From: Coraliomargarita sp.
GTDB lineage: Bacteria; Verrucomicrobiota; Verrucomicrobiia; Opitutales; Coraliomargaritaceae
DNA: 64,000 bases
Reading direction: 5' to 3'
Assembly: GCA_965216325.1 (NCBI GenBank)
Contig: OZ244160.1
Location: 896,001-960,000 of the forward strand
The position numbers and the translations under genes are program-made. The notes under the pieces were generated by a model. It worked only from the letters and a program-made list of their open reading frames with translations. It did no database searches and had not been told where the DNA came from. Shown here in pieces: positions 22,611-32,586 of this stretch (the first letter of the stretch is position 1; each line of letters begins with the position of its first letter).

Positions 22611-23969
22611 CTAGATTTGATAAAGCACACCTGGCGTCGGATTTAGAATCTGGCTGTCGGGGAGGCGCTTCTCGAGATCGGCTTCAAACCACTCTCGCGC
22701 TTCGGCTTCGCCATGGGTTAGTATGATCGATCGGGCTTGAGATTGTTCCGCGAAATCGGCGAGCTCGTCGCGGTTGGCGTGACCACTGAGGTCGAATTGA
22801 TCGATCGATGCACGCTTTGGGGCGCGATAGTCGAGGGCATCAAAGAAATAGCTGTCGTCATCCGGCTTGCCGAGGAGTGCGCCGCCGGGGGTGTCCGGAT
22901 CGCAGTAGCCGACAAAGCAGATACCGTTGTTCTCATGAGGCAGCAAGGATGCGGCGATTTTATACGAAGGCGTGTGCTCAACCATCATGCCGCTGCTAAC
23001 CAGATAGATGCCTTTCTGCGGTAGGTCGCGGCCCGGGCGCAGGTTGATATCGAGCGGCTTCACCTTCATCTGTTCGAGCATGCGGATGTCGAAGTCGATG
23101 AGATTGGTTTTGTTGCGGATCTTTTCAAAGTAGTTACACAAATCCATACCCAGGCCGGCAGCAAAGAGCTTGCTTTTGGGCAGGCGCCCGAAGTTGCGCG
23201 CTTCGAACAGGATTTTGAAGAGTTCCTGCATGCGCCCCAGTGCGAAGACCGGGATGAGGGCGCTGCCACCACGCTCCAGAATGGTGGCCACTTGCTCAAT
23301 GAGCCGATCCACTTCGCCTGCACGTGTTTTATGTGGGCAGCGGGCGGTGGCGCCACGAGTGGTTTCTAGGATTAGGGTGTCGATTTTGCCGGTCGGCAAG
23401 TGTGCGCCGGGGAGGGTGCGCTGATCGTCAAATAGCACATCGCCGGAGAACACGATCCGGCGCCCTTGGTGAATGAATTCCACGGCGGCCGCTCCGGCCA
23501 CATGGCCAGCGGGATGTAAGATCACTTCAATAAAGTCGTCCTCCTTTTGGTAGACTTCGCCGCGCTCGAAGCGCTGGCCGACGAGTTGCTTATTGAGTTG
23601 TGCGATATCTCGATGCAGGAAGAGTGGCAAATCGAGCCGGCCATGCTCTTCGCGCTGGCGCTTCATCACGTTCACGGAGTTGCGCAGCATCCGTGGTGCG
23701 AGTGTCAGGTTTGGGATACTGGTGATCACCGTGGCCTGCGGGTGTTGTCCTGCGATGATGGGGAGCGATCCCAAGTGATCGAGGTGGCAGTGGGTGAGCA
23801 CAATTAGATCGAGGTCGATGCCATCAATCTCATCGTAGTCCGGCATCGATTCTTTGCCCATCTTCTTTGGGTGCAGACCAGCATCGACCAGTATATTAAA
23901 ACTGCCAATTTGGATAAAGTGTGAGTTTGCGCCAATGCCGCCCTCACTGTTGAGATCGATGAGTTTCAT
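22611..23969 (-). CDS. metallo-beta-lactamase / beta-CASP ribonuclease
   Basis: THCHLDHLG, AGHVAG, SGD, PVFALGRMQE, SSGM, VGY, SGHAN, LTHGE. Confidence 0.93.
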   Translation of the reverse strand: MKLIDLNSEGGIGANSHFIQIGSFNILVDAGLHPKKMGKESMPDYDEIDGIDLDLIVLTHCHLDHLGSLPIIAGQHPQATVITSIPNLTLAPRMLRNSVNVMKRQREEHGRLDLPLFLHRDIAQLNKQLVGQRFERGEVYQKEDDFIEVILHPAGHVAGAAAVEFIHQGRRIVFSGDVLFDDQRTLPGAHLPTGKIDTLILETTRGATARCPHKTRAGEVDRLIEQVATILERGGSALIPVFALGRMQELFKILFEARNFGRLPKSKLFAAGLGMDLCNYFEKIRNKTNLIDFDIRMLEQMKVKPLDINLRPGRDLPQKGIYLVSSGMMVEHTPSYKIAASLLPHENNGICFVGYCDPDTPGGALLGKPDDDSYFFDALDYRAPKRASIDQFDLSGHANRDELADFAEQSQARSIILTHGEAEAREWFEADLEKRLPDSQILNPTPGVLYQI

Positions 23970-23987
23970 TTGTTTGAAAGGAGACAG

Positions 23988-24162
23988 AACCGTTAATTTA
24001 CGTTAATTTACGTTGATGCTTCAATAGCGTAACTTGAATGATTGCAAAACCACGCAATGAGCCTGTGAGCTGAGCGTGTCGCAAGAAAAGTGAGACGAAA
24101 CTGTCGTGCTGTTTGTCCAGTGCAGTGCTTGAATTAACGCAAATTAACGTTAATTGACGGTT
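23988..24162. repeat. MITE-like element with about 30-bp terminal inverted repeats built of 10-mers
   Basis: AACCGTTAATTTACGTTAATTTACGTTGAT vs rc of the right end AACCGTCAATTAACGTTAATTTGCGTTAAT. Confidence 0.7.
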
Positions 24163-24560
24163 CAAGTCTGCGCATCCCCGGTTGGGATCTTCATTTCGAT
24201 GGTCGGAATGCGGACATGAATGGTTTGACCTGCACTATCGACGCCATGAAAGGAGCCCTCGGCCACGGCACTGCAACCCACCGCGTGGTGACTGTTGTAA
24301 CTGAAGCTTTCTCCAGGAGCTAGGCTCGGAGTTTTTCCGACGATGCCGTCGCCTTCGATCACATTGAGTTCTCCGTTCGCATCGCGAATCACCCAGCGCC
24401 GTCCGTTCAGCGTGACCGTTGAGTCGGATAGGTTGGCAATGGTAATAAAATAAATGAACGCGTGGGGGGTGTCTGAGGTGACTGCTTCGGAGTCAAAAAA
24501 ATAAACGAGACGATCTAGCGTCGCGCGCAAGCCTGGGACTTCTTTGCTTTTAGGGAGCAC
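24162..24560 (-). CDS. apaG: ApaG domain protein
   Basis: FIYFITIAN, RRWVIRD, GDGIVGKTP.L.PGESFSYNS, GSFH. Confidence 0.85.
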   Translation of the reverse strand: MLPKSKEVPGLRATLDRLVYFFDSEAVTSDTPHAFIYFITIANLSDSTVTLNGRRWVIRDANGELNVIEGDGIVGKTPSLAPGESFSYNSHHAVGCSAVAEGSFHGVDSAGQTIHVRIPTIEMKIPTGDAQT

Positions 24561-24817
24561 TCAATAACTATGAGTGTTCAGTTTAGGCTTTTGAGCAACC
24601 AGAATTTAGGGCGGCAAGTGCCTTTTTATGGCAACGACTGTGCCTTAGATTTTAAGGCGTTTGATTTAGTGTGTCTAAGTTACTGTGGATAAGGGGGTTT
24701 CTTTACTTCTGGGGTGCGTTTTGAACGTAGCTTTGTTGTTTTGTAAATCTTTGTGAATCAGTAGTTTTAGTGCTTTATCTGGTTGACTGCGGTAGGCCTT
24801 TGCTGGATATTAGGCAC

Positions 24818-25285
24818 ATGATCGAATCGGGTGATCAGTATATTACTAGTAATATCAGGAGTGCTGCTGATCAGGGGAACCGTGAGGACGGTTTCACTAT
24901 GGTGGAACTCATGATTGGGCTCTCTATCTTCCTTATTGTAGTTGCAAGCTGTTTTGCCTGCCTGCGGGTCGGAAATAGTATGGTGGACAATGCACGGCAT
25001 TTTACTCGTGCTTCACAGATCATGCAGACGGAAATTGAGCGGATTCGTTCAATGGCATGGGGCACGTTAACGGCGCTGCCGACTGCGGAAACCGAGCTGA
25101 CCCTTTCCTCGCAGTTTGATCACCCTGTTTATAAACAGTATACTCTAACGCGCTCGATTACAGGCACTGGGGATATGCGCACGATTACCGTGCAAGTCAC
25201 ATGGGAGGACATGACTGGCCGGAGCCATACCCGTCGCTACATCACCATGTATACGAAGGGAGGTTTGTATGATTACATTCAGTAA
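24818..25285 (+). CDS. type IV minor pilin/pseudopilin (PilV-like), cassette 1
   Basis: class III signal G|FTMVELMIGL with E5. Confidence 0.85.
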   Translation: MIESGDQYITSNIRSAADQGNREDGFTMVELMIGLSIFLIVVASCFACLRVGNSMVDNARHFTRASQIMQTEIERIRSMAWGTLTALPTAETELTLSSQFDHPVYKQYTLTRSITGTGDMRTITVQVTWEDMTGRSHTRRYITMYTKGGLYDYIQ

Positions 25286-25853
25286 GGTCGACAAGGGAAC
25301 TGCGATGTCCCGCCAGCGAACTCGTGGTTTTTCAATGGTCGAGCTCATGTTTGCAATGGGGATCCTGGTGATCGCGCTTGCTGCGATTTTACCGACCTTC
25401 ATGAGCCTGACGAAGTATCTGGTTAGTTTGGGTAATTATTCGGAAATGAGTTATGATGGACGAATGGCCGTAGAGTTGATTGCTCGGGACATCAGAGGTG
25501 CGGAGTCGCTTGAAGTTGCGGATGCAAATAGTTTGACACTGCAGCTCCCTTCAGACGCTGGAAGCGTAACGGTGACCTATGACTATCGCTATGATGGCGG
25601 AGAGGATGATTGGATTTTGTTTCGTGAGGTCACTGATTCTTCCGGAGTGACGACTTCAGACATCTTACTGACAGACCTCGCCGAGTTCGCATTTGTCTAT
25701 TATAATCGCTTGGGCAACGAGAGCACTGCGGCGTCGCGACTCACTGAAACGAAGAGCATTAATCTGGATGCCTTGATGTCACGTAAGGTCTTACAGCTAA
25801 AGAATACCGATAATATTATTTCCGCTAAATTTATGATGCGTAACGCGAACTAA
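25269..25853 (+). CDS. type IV minor pilin (PilW-like), cassette 1
   Basis: RTRG|FSMVELMFAM, IARDIRGA; start may be 25305. Confidence 0.87.
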   Translation: MITFSKVDKGTAMSRQRTRGFSMVELMFAMGILVIALAAILPTFMSLTKYLVSLGNYSEMSYDGRMAVELIARDIRGAESLEVADANSLTLQLPSDAGSVTVTYDYRYDGGEDDWILFREVTDSSGVTTSDILLTDLAEFAFVYYNRLGNESTAASRLTETKSINLDALMSRKVLQLKNTDNIISAKFMMRNAN

Positions 25854-25893
25854 GTGCGTTGGCATGGATGATTCCCAAACGGAGGATAGAAAA

Positions 25894-27261
25894 ATGAAGA
25901 CTCAGACGATAACGAACCACTCACGCAAGCGAGGCTCTGCGTTGATCTCGGCCATTATCTTTAGTGCGATTGCGTCGATTCTATTGGTCTCGTATGTGTC
26001 CTTGGCCAACATGGAACATCGAAATTCGATGCGCTCATATTTGTATTCGTCCAGTCTGAATTTGGCGGAAGCGGGGATCGAGTATGGGGTCAATGCATTG
26101 GTGGATGGTAATGCTGCAAACCATACTGAATGGGTGGATTCCGCAACCAATCTATTCACGGACGGGCGATTTGGAGGAAATGTGAAAGTGGTGATTTTGG
26201 ACGCATCTTCGAGTAGTCCTACAATCTATGCAGAGGGGCGCATGACAGGACATCCTGCCGGGGATGTGATTAAGCAGTTACGTGCTGAACTGAGTAGTGG
26301 CTTTCAGCCTTTTGAGCATGGTTTTGCCACTCGAAATGGGATCTCGTTTAGTGGCAGTAATGTGTTTTTAGATAGCTATAATTCGAAGTATGGGGCCTAT
26401 GGTGCCTCATTGCTTGGAAGCTCGGCTCCCAGTGGTTATGGTTATCTTGGTCGTAATATCAATGATGATATATCGGTCGCCACTGAAGGCTTACTGGCTC
26501 AGCAGAATGGCACAGTTTATGGACTAGTGGAAGTGGCGGATCCTTCTGGGCTGTCGTTGAATAATGGGGAGGTCAAAGAGTATGGAGGAAGTCATGATCC
26601 CAGCCGGATCGAATATGATTTTTATGCAGACTTTCCGGTACAGTCTCCGCCGACTACGGGGGTGACAAAAATTTCCAACATTAGCAACACTACGACTCTA
26701 ACGACTGGCACCTATGAGGTTAGTGCCATTAGCTTGTCTGGTAATGGTAAGAATCTGAGTATTTCAGGTGATGTGACGCTCATCGTCACTGGAGATGTTT
26801 CATTCACCGGTAAAAGCTATCTGAGTGTGCCAAATGGTTCTCAGTTGACCATGTATGCGGACGGAGACGTGTCTATTGGGGGCAATGGTCTCATTAACGG
26901 TAGTGGCGTGCCGGAAGATGTCTTTATTTATGGCACTCAGGATGCGGTTAAAGATGCTTCTGGAAGTGAATCGGCAGGCCAAACGATTAAAATCGCAGGT
27001 AATGGTGTGTTGTCTGCTGCGGTGTATGCGCCGGGGGCCGATTTAGAGCTTAAAGGTGGTGGTAGCAGCGGTGATGTGTTTGGGGCTGCGGTCGGCTACA
27101 CTGCAGTGGTTACCGGTGGTAGCTCTTTTCATTTTGATGAGGCTTTGCGTGATATTGTCGAAGGTGGAGGCTCTTACACAATTGAAAGTTGGTTGGAGAT
27201 GACGAGTGTGTCTGTCGCTTCAACTCCAATTGATATGTCTGCTTATTCGGATACTGAGTGA
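25894..27261 (+). CDS. PilX-like large minor pilin with C-terminal beta-rich domain, cassette 1
   Basis: RKRG|SALISAII (no E5), LNLAEAGIE, C-terminal YAPGA...GAAVG...FHFDEAL...W.E. Confidence 0.85.
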   Translation: MKTQTITNHSRKRGSALISAIIFSAIASILLVSYVSLANMEHRNSMRSYLYSSSLNLAEAGIEYGVNALVDGNAANHTEWVDSATNLFTDGRFGGNVKVVILDASSSSPTIYAEGRMTGHPAGDVIKQLRAELSSGFQPFEHGFATRNGISFSGSNVFLDSYNSKYGAYGASLLGSSAPSGYGYLGRNINDDISVATEGLLAQQNGTVYGLVEVADPSGLSLNNGEVKEYGGSHDPSRIEYDFYADFPVQSPPTTGVTKISNISNTTTLTTGTYEVSAISLSGNGKNLSISGDVTLIVTGDVSFTGKSYLSVPNGSQLTMYADGDVSIGGNGLINGSGVPEDVFIYGTQDAVKDASGSESAGQTIKIAGNGVLSAAVYAPGADLELKGGGSSGDVFGAAVGYTAVVTGGSSFHFDEALRDIVEGGGSYTIESWLEMTSVSVASTPIDMSAYSDTE

Positions 27262-27275
27262 GAAGACCCTTTGTT

Positions 27276-28402
27276 GGGTGTCGGACGAACGAGTTTGCGA
27301 GGCCTGGGCACGCGACCCTTACATGCAATATTTTTGCGGTGAACGTTACTTCCAGTGGAAGCTTCGCTGTGAGCCGACCGAGTTGGTACACTTCCGTCAC
27401 CGCATCGGCCAGGAGGGCGTGGGAAAGATCCTAAAGATGACGGTGGGGTTGCACGCCGAGAAGGTGGAGCAAGAGGATGAACTTGTGGCGGACACGACTG
27501 TACAGGAAGCTAATGTGAAGTTCCCGACCGACACACGTTTACATGTGGAGTGCATTGAAAAGCTCTGGCGTCTGGGAGAGTCCGAGTCGGTTTCGTGGCG
27601 CCGCAGTTACGTGCGCACAGTGCCCGTCCTGTTGGCCCGGTTGCGCACCCGCAGCAACCGCCTGGTCAAAGAGCGGAAGAAGTGTCGCCGTAAGATCAAA
27701 ACGATCGCAGAGCGCTTATTACGTGACTTCAAACGCAATGTAGGCACGTCCGGGGAACTGCTATACGCCGAAAGTCTTGAGTTGATCGAGTGGGTGCTTG
27801 GGCAGAAGCGACACAGCAAGAATAAGGTCTACTCGCTGCACGATCCGGATGTGCTGTGCATCGCCAAAGGCAAGGCGCATAAGAAGTATGAGTTCGGCAG
27901 GGAGGCCTCGGTGACGATGCTTCGCGACAGTGGCGTGATCGTCTCAGCAGTGAGTTTTAAGGAGAACCTTTACGACGGAGACACTTTGGAACCGGCGCTG
28001 GAGCAAGCCTTGGAGATGGCCGGAAAAACCTTCAGCAGTGTGCTCGTTGACAAGGGCTACCGTAGGCGCAAGAACGTGAGTGGAACCGAGGTGGTCATTC
28101 CGGGAAAGATTAGCAAAAAGCTCAGCTACTACCAGCGGAGTAAGCAACGAAAACGAAATGGCCGGCGAGCGGCCATCGAACCGGTGATCGGCCACCTCAA
28201 GAACGACTACCGAATGGCAAGATGCTTCCTCAAGGGAGCTGAAGGAGCCGGGCTGAATCTCGGGCTGGCCGCTGCTGCTTGGAACCTCAAGAAGTGGATC
28301 AACGAGCTTCTTTTTGCCTTCGTTATATGCTTCGGTCGCAACTTACAGCCACGCGAATTCTATCATCAACCTGGAATTGGATCGGCTCAAAGGGGCGCAT
28401 AG
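27276..28402 (+). pseudogene. IS5-family DDE transposase, 5'-truncated
   Basis: DPYMQYFCGE, ADTTVQE..FPTD, KVYSLH, YEFG, VDKGY, RAAIEPVIGHLK; ORF-track start lies inside the upstream pilin gene. Confidence 0.85.
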
Positions 28403-28420
28403 GGCTTTTTAAGGCACGAC
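27276..28420 (+). mobile_element. IS5-family element remnant (left end and transposase N-terminus missing)
   Basis: homology begins abruptly at VSDERVCEAW; putative right end GGGCTTTTTAAGGCACGAC followed by TA. Confidence 0.8.
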
Positions 28421-29215
28421 TATTCTACGGATGATGATCCCTCGGCGGATCAACAGACGGGAACAGGAGGTAGTGAGTCTGACATTGTTGGCGGTTCGTT
28501 TGAGGGCGAAGACTATGCGGCGCTCTACAAGCAATTTGATGGAGATGATCTAGCTTTTCGCCTCCGTTTGGGCGCCGACAGTAATCCAACTGGGTTTAAT
28601 TCTGCTGCGATCATTGCGCTCGATCTGGGGAACGATGGCATTCTGGATTTCTATATTGGTGTTCAGGTCAATGGTGTGAATGGAAACATTAACCATGATG
28701 TTGGTATCTATCAATTTACAGGCTTAGCGACCAACCCGAGTAATACACAGAGCGCATTGGCGTCACCTTCAGATCCTTTAGTTTCGTATGAGGGGCGCTA
28801 TGATTGGTCTCCGGTGTCGAGCATTGATCCTGATGCTCCTGCAGATCTAGATGGTCTTGGCGATGACGACTATTTCCTCTCATTTTCGGTCGATTTCATG
28901 GACTTGGTAACTGCTATCGACGGGACGGGTTGGACCGATTCAGAGGGCAATGGTCTCAGTGCATCCACACCGCTGTCCTTTGTGGCGATTACATCGCAGA
29001 ATCTGAACCAGATTAATAACGATTTCAACGGGATTGAGGGCACGGATACCAATTCGACGACACCTTGGACAGATCTCGGCGGGACTTCGGAGGAGTATAG
29101 TCCTGAGTCGGAAGAGCCATTGGGAGCAGTGCCTGAGCCACCTAGCTACGGTATTATACTTGGAGTGCTTTGTTTGCTCTTTGCGGTTTTTAGCCGACGT
29201 ATCTTAGGCCGATAG
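28421..29215 (+). pseudogene. PEP-CTERM protein lacking its N-terminus
   Basis: VPEP + TM + RR tail; protein-like frame runs from 28421 (YSTDDDPSADQQTG...) and is bounded by the in-frame TAG at 28400; no signal peptide and no start codon before the internal TTG at 28568. Confidence 0.8.
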
Positions 29216-29466
29216 GGCCCGTGTGTATTACATGCTTCCTTAGACTTCTAGTTGTTCGCGCTTAGCTACTTGCAGGTCTAGTGCGTTACTTTCATTGCTG
29301 GGCGTTTGTATTGGCTTAGGTTGTGGCGTTAAGCAGTGACTGGCTGTAGTAAGACTTGTAAGCTATATAGCGTAGATGGGCTATGTGTATTAGTTTTTTA
29401 ATAAATCTGCGGTCGAAATGGATGGAAAATAGGTCGAATTACGCATGTAGATTTCCTGTGTAGACC

Positions 29467-29498
29467 TTAAAATAGGGTAAAAAAATTTAAAATAGGGT
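29467..29498. promoter_or_regulatory. candidate regulator binding site (12-bp direct repeat)
   Basis: TTAAAATAGGGT twice, 20-bp period, 55 bp upstream of pilin cassette 2. Confidence 0.4.
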
Positions 29499-29553
29499 GT
29501 TTACCTAAATATCTGGTTGTATTGCTACGTTATTTTACGCAAATAAGGCATAC

Positions 29554-29982
29554 ATGGATAAATCCAGCAAAGGTAAGCAGGGCTACTCTTTGGTAGAAGT
29601 AATGGTTTCGATGGTCGTGATCAGCTTCTTTGCCGCGGGTGTATATGGCTGTCTGATACTATCGACTAAGATTTATTCGAGTGGGCGCGATGTCGATGAG
29701 GCAAACCTGATCCTACAGTATGAGATCGAGAATATTCGTGGGCAGCGCTGGGATGAGATCGTTAAGCTGGAGAGTAGCAGGAACGTGGAAAGTGTTTCAC
29801 TGGAACCGTATGGCGATGCTTATACACTGAGCCGTGAGATCGATAGTTCGACTGATGGGATGACCAAGGTGACGTTTACCGTTAGTTGGCAGGACCGCAA
29901 CGGTGCGGTTCGTGAATTGAGCAGTGGAGATGTCGCTTACACAGAGAATGGTCTGAGTGATAGCCACTACCGGGAGTATTAA
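29554..29982 (+). CDS. type IV minor pilin (PilV-like), cassette 2
   Basis: KQG|YSLVEVMVSM; paralog of 24818-25285 (ILQYEIENIR..W / IMQTEIERIR..W; V.W.D..G; YTENGL / YTKGGL). Confidence 0.86.
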   Translation: MDKSSKGKQGYSLVEVMVSMVVISFFAAGVYGCLILSTKIYSSGRDVDEANLILQYEIENIRGQRWDEIVKLESSRNVESVSLEPYGDAYTLSREIDSSTDGMTKVTFTVSWQDRNGAVRELSSGDVAYTENGLSDSHYREY

Positions 29983-29984
29983 CC

Positions 29985-30623
29985 ATGCCGCAGAAGACTC
30001 AATATCAGTTGAACGAAGAGCGCCGCCGTGGGTTTACCTTGGCGGAGTTAGTCTTTGCGGCTGCTATCTCGCTGTTTGTCTTGATGGTCGCGCTCGGCCT
30101 GTTGATCACCATGCTGAAGTCCGAGGCGAAAAATTATAATAACATTTCTATGGATCAGGAGGCTAAGGAGTTTTTGACTCACCTGACTCGAGATGTTCAA
30201 GCTGCCAGTGAAGTTCTGACTGCTAGCAGTCAAGCGATTGATTTGGAGTTACGTCGTTACTCGTCGAACGAAAGCGCAGATATTGAGTATGTCGGCTACT
30301 ATTTAAAGCAGATCGAGGGATCGGATGATTACTATATCGTCCGTGAACTAACGGATTCGAGCGGTGATGTTAGCCAGAAAGAATTTTTCAAACTCGCTGG
30401 CAACAATGGCACCATCGGAATGGTCAGCATGAAGGCGCAGATTAAAGACGATGCGGTCGTCTACAGTGCGGAATTTTATGATACCCTGCGTGAGGCAACC
30501 GACGATGCCGAAGAGGTGCGCTTTATCAGCTGGGAATTCCCACTTTACTACGAGGCAAGCAATATGACTTTCAGCCGCAAGGTGACGTCTCCGCTGATTA
30601 TGCTGCGAAATAAAAGCAGCTAA
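29985..30623 (+). CDS. type IV minor pilin (PilW-like), cassette 2
   Basis: RRG|FTLAELVFAA, LTRDVQAA, C-terminal MLRN like MMRN of its paralog. Confidence 0.86.
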   Translation: MPQKTQYQLNEERRRGFTLAELVFAAAISLFVLMVALGLLITMLKSEAKNYNNISMDQEAKEFLTHLTRDVQAASEVLTASSQAIDLELRRYSSNESADIEYVGYYLKQIEGSDDYYIVRELTDSSGDVSQKEFFKLAGNNGTIGMVSMKAQIKDDAVVYSAEFYDTLREATDDAEEVRFISWEFPLYYEASNMTFSRKVTSPLIMLRNKSS

Positions 30624-30675
30624 GCCCTTTCCACGAACACTTTAAATACCCTTAGCCCAACAAAACCCAACCCAA

Positions 30676-32547
30676 ATGCGACCTATGAAAAACCCAAAAC
30701 AAGGCTCTGCGCTCATCTCGGCAGTTATTGTCATTATCATCATCGGTGTGATTATCGGCAGTTACCTGAGTTTGACGGTTTCCGAACGTAAAGCTGTGGA
30801 GCGTAGTGTGCTCTTCGATCTTGCGATGGATATCACGGAGACTGCGGCTGAAGACGCGGTTCACACGCTGAACGAGAACACGAGCGAATATTGGCGCAAG
30901 TGGTCGGATCGCACAGTGGATGGTCAAGCTGCCAAGTATAAGGCAGTTTCTGGAATTGAGATGGGCAATGGTCGTGAAGGCTCGTATAAGGCTGTCATCC
31001 TTGGAGCTGGCACGGACAATCCGCGTCTGATAATTGAGGGCACGGTGAATAGTCCGTTGCTTGGTGATGTAAAACGCCAACTTGCGGTCAAACTGAAGAC
31101 CCGCGGCATTTTCGGAAATGGCTTAACCTCACCGGATGCGGGTGATGGCAATGCCAAGATTACGTTTACCGACGATGATATTTTGATTACCGGCTATGAT
31201 TCATCGCAGGGCGCTTATACACCAACAGGCAATCGCTCTGACAGTGTTCTGGTTGCTGCAGAAACCGAAGTGAACTACGCGCTAAATATCGAAGGGGCAG
31301 AAATCTTTGGTAGCGTTGCGACTGCTGGAGGCGTTCTCGGAGAGAGTGGTGCAACCGTTATTGGACAGGATAGTTCGCGTGCGTTTGGGGTCGATACGGA
31401 GCGTGTTTATGACAACTACTATGCGAATGCGCCTGAAGTGAATGCTCCAGCGATTGAAGGTGCACTTACTGATTTGCCGAATCCTGTAGATGGCGAGATC
31501 ACAATCGGTGAAAATTCCGAAAGCTACGAAGTGAAGAATCTCGATGTGGACAAGGACGAAGAACTCGTCGTCGTTGGACCGTCGGTTATTGTGGTCACCA
31601 AGGATGCTGAAATCGAGGGTGACATCGTGTTCGAGTCGGATGGCAGCCTCAAGCTCTACGTTAAGGATGACCTTACTATTTCGGGGGATGTTTATATGGC
31701 TGATGTCGATGCCGGTGATTTCATTATTTATGGCACTGCTGAGAATCCGGGAGGCAATGGAGATAATCTTTCAGAAATTAAGTTAAATCATCTCGGTGAG
31801 CTGAAGACTGGTATTTTGGCTCCAAATTCGTTGGTCATTTTCGAGAAAGGAGAACGCTCCGGAGGCGCTGGTGACGGTGGCTCTGGCGGCAGTGGTGGTT
31901 CTGGTGGTTCCGGTGGCTCTGGCAAGTCTGGAGGCTCTGGCGGTTCCGGTAAGTCCGGTGGCAGCGGTGATTCCGGTTCCGGTGGCTCTGGCAAGTCTGG
32001 AGGCTCTGGTGGTTCCGGTAAGTCTGGCGGCAGCGGTGACTCAGGTTCTGGTGGTTCCGGTAAGTCCGGTGGCTCTGGTGACTCAGGTTCTGGTGGTTCT
32101 GGCAAGTCCGGTGGTAGCGGTGACTCCGGTTCCGGTGGTTCTGGCAAGTCCGGTGGCAGCGGTGACTCCGGCTCCGGTGGTTCTGGCAAGTCCGGTGGCA
32201 GCGGTGACTCCGGCTCCGGTGGTTCTGGCAAGTCTGGTGGCAGCGGTGACTCCGGTTCCGGTGGTTCTGGCAAGTCCGGTGGCAGCGGTGACTCCGGCTC
32301 CGGTGGTTCTGGCAAGTCCGGTGGCAGCGGTGACTCCGGCTCCGGTGGTTCTGGCAAGTCCGGTGGCAGCGGTGACTCTGGTTCCGGTGGTTCTGGCAAG
32401 TCTGGTGGCAGCGGCGGTTCGAGTTCGCAAGGGGACAACGGCTGGGGTAATGGAGATGACGCCGCACCAGGTGGCAGTGGCGATAAGAATAACGCTGAGA
32501 ACAGTGACCGAGTGCACCACATTCATGGTGCTGGTAACCCAAACTAG
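30676..32547 (+). CDS. PilX-like pilin N-terminal fragment ending in a Gly/Ser repeat array
   Basis: KQG|SALISAVIV; paralogous to 25894-27261 up to ILAPNS; then GGSGKSGGSGDSGS repeats and a GDNGWGNGDD tail. Confidence 0.85.
   Translation: MRPMKNPKQGSALISAVIVIIIIGVIIGSYLSLTVSERKAVERSVLFDLAMDITETAAEDAVHTLNENTSEYWRKWSDRTVDGQAAKYKAVSGIEMGNGREGSYKAVILGAGTDNPRLIIEGTVNSPLLGDVKRQLAVKLKTRGIFGNGLTSPDAGDGNAKITFTDDDILITGYDSSQGAYTPTGNRSDSVLVAAETEVNYALNIEGAEIFGSVATAGGVLGESGATVIGQDSSRAFGVDTERVYDNYYANAPEVNAPAIEGALTDLPNPVDGEITIGENSESYEVKNLDVDKDEELVVVGPSVIVVTKDAEIEGDIVFESDGSLKLYVKDDLTISGDVYMADVDAGDFIIYGTAENPGGNGDNLSEIKLNHLGELKTGILAPNSLVIFEKGERSGGAGDGGSGGSGGSGGSGGSGKSGGSGGSGKSGGSGDSGSGGSGKSGGSGGSGKSGGSGDSGSGGSGKSGGSGDSGSGGSGKSGGSGDSGSGGSGKSGGSGDSGSGGSGKSGGSGDSGSGGSGKSGGSGDSGSGGSGKSGGSGDSGSGGSGKSGGSGDSGSGGSGKSGGSGDSGSGGSGKSGGSGGSSSQGDNGWGNGDDAAPGGSGDKNNAENSDRVHHIHGAGNPN
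31861..32427 (+). repeat. coding tandem repeat, 42-bp unit (GGSGKSGGSGDSGS)
   Basis: ten GDSGS units, nine of them at exact 42-bp spacing (32038-32374). Confidence 0.95.
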
Positions 32548-32575
32548 TTTAACGCTGACCAATTGATTCTTTGTT

Positions 32576-32582
32576 AAGGAGG
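32576..32582 (+). promoter_or_regulatory. strong Shine-Dalgarno site
   Basis: AAGGAGG 4 nt before ATG 32587. Confidence 0.75.
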
Positions 32583-32586
32583 CTCC

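Noticed and set aside
24629..24644. Possible sigma-54 promoter TGGCAA-N5-GTGC upstream of pilin cassette 1
   Set aside because: GG-N10-GC spacing is correct, but several consensus mismatches make it too weak to call without TSS data.
27206..27275. ORF-track N-terminus of the IS5 transposase
   Set aside because: It overlaps the pilX 3' end and shows no transposase similarity; it is a chance open frame.
32545..32586. Stop-codon read-through joining the two GS ORFs, which share a frame
   Set aside because: Two in-frame stops (TAG 32545, TAA 32575), plus a dedicated SD and signal peptide, favour independent translation.
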